From the NCBI GenBank assembly GCA_963736855.1, contig CAVTQK010000017.1, positions 64,001 through 128,000 of the forward strand: DNA of 64,000 bases. The letters run 5' to 3'. The stretch comes from an uncultured delta proteobacterium. Its GTDB lineage: Bacteria; Desulfobacterota; Desulfobacteria; Desulfobacterales; UBA2156. The stretch's first letter is position 1, and each line of letters opens with the position of its first letter. A program made the translations under genes and the position numbers. Below are positions 63,113 to 64,000 of the stretch, in pieces. Below the pieces are notes generated by a model that was given only the letters and a program-made list of their open reading frames with translations, was not told the origin of the DNA and made no database searches.

Positions 63113-63787
63113 TTATAGTTTGGATATCAAATCGGTCGTTACCTCTTTGACGCCGGGCTTCCCGTCTAACGTGATATATTTAATGGACTTGTCTTTTTTT
63201 GCCAGATCCCTGAAATAATACGCCGAGGCCAAAGTTCCGGTGTTGGTGTCGTAATAGATGCTGTGACGTTTGCTGATGGCCTCCTCGTCCTGATCATCGC
63301 TGCGCGTTTTCAGCTCCCCACCGCAGACCCGGCATTTTCCATCTTTTGGTTTAATGGCGTCGATGTAGATATTGTTCGGATGATTGTTGTCGTTGACACA
63401 GAGACGCCGGCCCATGATCCGCTTCTTTGCGATCTCCCGATCCAATACGATTTCAACCACGATGTCCAGGGCCAGTCCGGCCTTCTTGAGAGCCTCATGG
63501 AGTTTGATGGCCTGGTTTTTATTTCTCGGGAACCCATCTAAGAGCCAACCCTTTTTGCAGTCGTTTTTCTGGAGTCGATTGAGGATCATGGGTATGGTAA
63601 TTTCATCGGGAACCAGGTCTCCCCGGTCGATAAAGGCCTTTGCCTTGGCGCCCAACTCGGTTTTCCCCTGAATGTTTTCCCTGAAGATGGCTCCGGATTC
63701 GATGTGAGGTAGCTTATACTTGTCCTTCAATATCGCACCCTGGGTTCCTTTCCCGCTGCCGTTGGGGCCGAAAAATAAAATGTTCAT
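63113..63787 (-). CDS. adk: Adenylate kinase (metal-lid type)
   Basis: GPNGSGKGTQ, LDGFPR, lid C..H..C.VC, RSDD. Confidence 0.96.
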   Translation of the reverse strand: MNILFFGPNGSGKGTQGAILKDKYKLPHIESGAIFRENIQGKTELGAKAKAFIDRGDLVPDEITIPMILNRLQKNDCKKGWLLDGFPRNKNQAIKLHEALKKAGLALDIVVEIVLDREIAKKRIMGRRLCVNDNNHPNNIYIDAIKPKDGKCRVCGGELKTRSDDQDEEAISKRHSIYYDTNTGTLASAYYFRDLAKKDKSIKYITLDGKPGVKEVTTDLISKL

Positions 63788-63913
63788 GACCGTCTCCTTT
63801 CTGCACTAATTGGATTATCGTTGGCCGCCGGGGGCGGCGTCAAATTTCCTGATCGGATCTTGGCTTTACTATGCGAACCACCGGTTCTTGTCAAGGGTTC
63901 ATCCGCGGAGTGT

Positions 63914-64000
63914 TCATTCAGCGGCATCGGCAGTCGGATTTCGTTTCCAAATCATCTCACGGGCCAGGCGCACGGCTGAGGCCCTGTCTATGATCTCTTT
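63914..64000 (-). CDS. 3' end of an unidentified gene
   Basis: Open frame from the window edge: KEIIDRASAVRLAREMIWKRNPTADAAE*. Confidence 0.4.
   Translation of the reverse strand, partial: KEIIDRASAVRLAREMIWKRNPTADAAE

Overview
The window looks like chromosome of an anaerobic Desulfobacterota (deltaproteobacterial, probably Desulfobacterales-like) organism; this taxonomy is inferred from gene content and a lineage-typical repeat. Left to right it holds: a BON-domain gene end, an IS3-like scrap and a secreted thrombospondin-3/Cys-rich protein; a TetR-controlled TolC-MacAB efflux operon with ampG; two repeat lipoproteins; a P-type ATPase; a class II tungsten benzoyl-CoA reductase operon bamBCDEF in which both bamE and bamF carry in-frame UGA (selenocysteine) codons followed by hairpins, with a convergent fdhD; a csp-RRM-nitronate monooxygenase group; a stand-alone FMN glutamate-synthase-family gene behind an ANTAR-type dual-hairpin attenuator; a decaying ~8 kb defence island at tRNA-Glu (hsdM with a collapsed ORF6N/Fic/hsdR region, UDG-like pseudogene, HigBA-type TA, dead integrase); tRNA-Glu and tRNA-Lys; a trkA/trkH relic; birA-bioY-ECF with a BirA box; a prkA-yeaH-spoVR-prkA2 module; mpl, PaaI thioesterase, sirtuin, hemL and a catalytically odd KptA; an atypical Ser/Thr-kinase-like gene divergent from a double-FHA gene; a hybrid histidine kinase, DUF89, a trmO relic, tRNA-Arg, folC, rpsU, MITE-like repeats and adk. 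Several otherwise intact genes are broken by single extra bases, most likely sequencing errors. All protein calls come from motif recognition by eye, with no database search.
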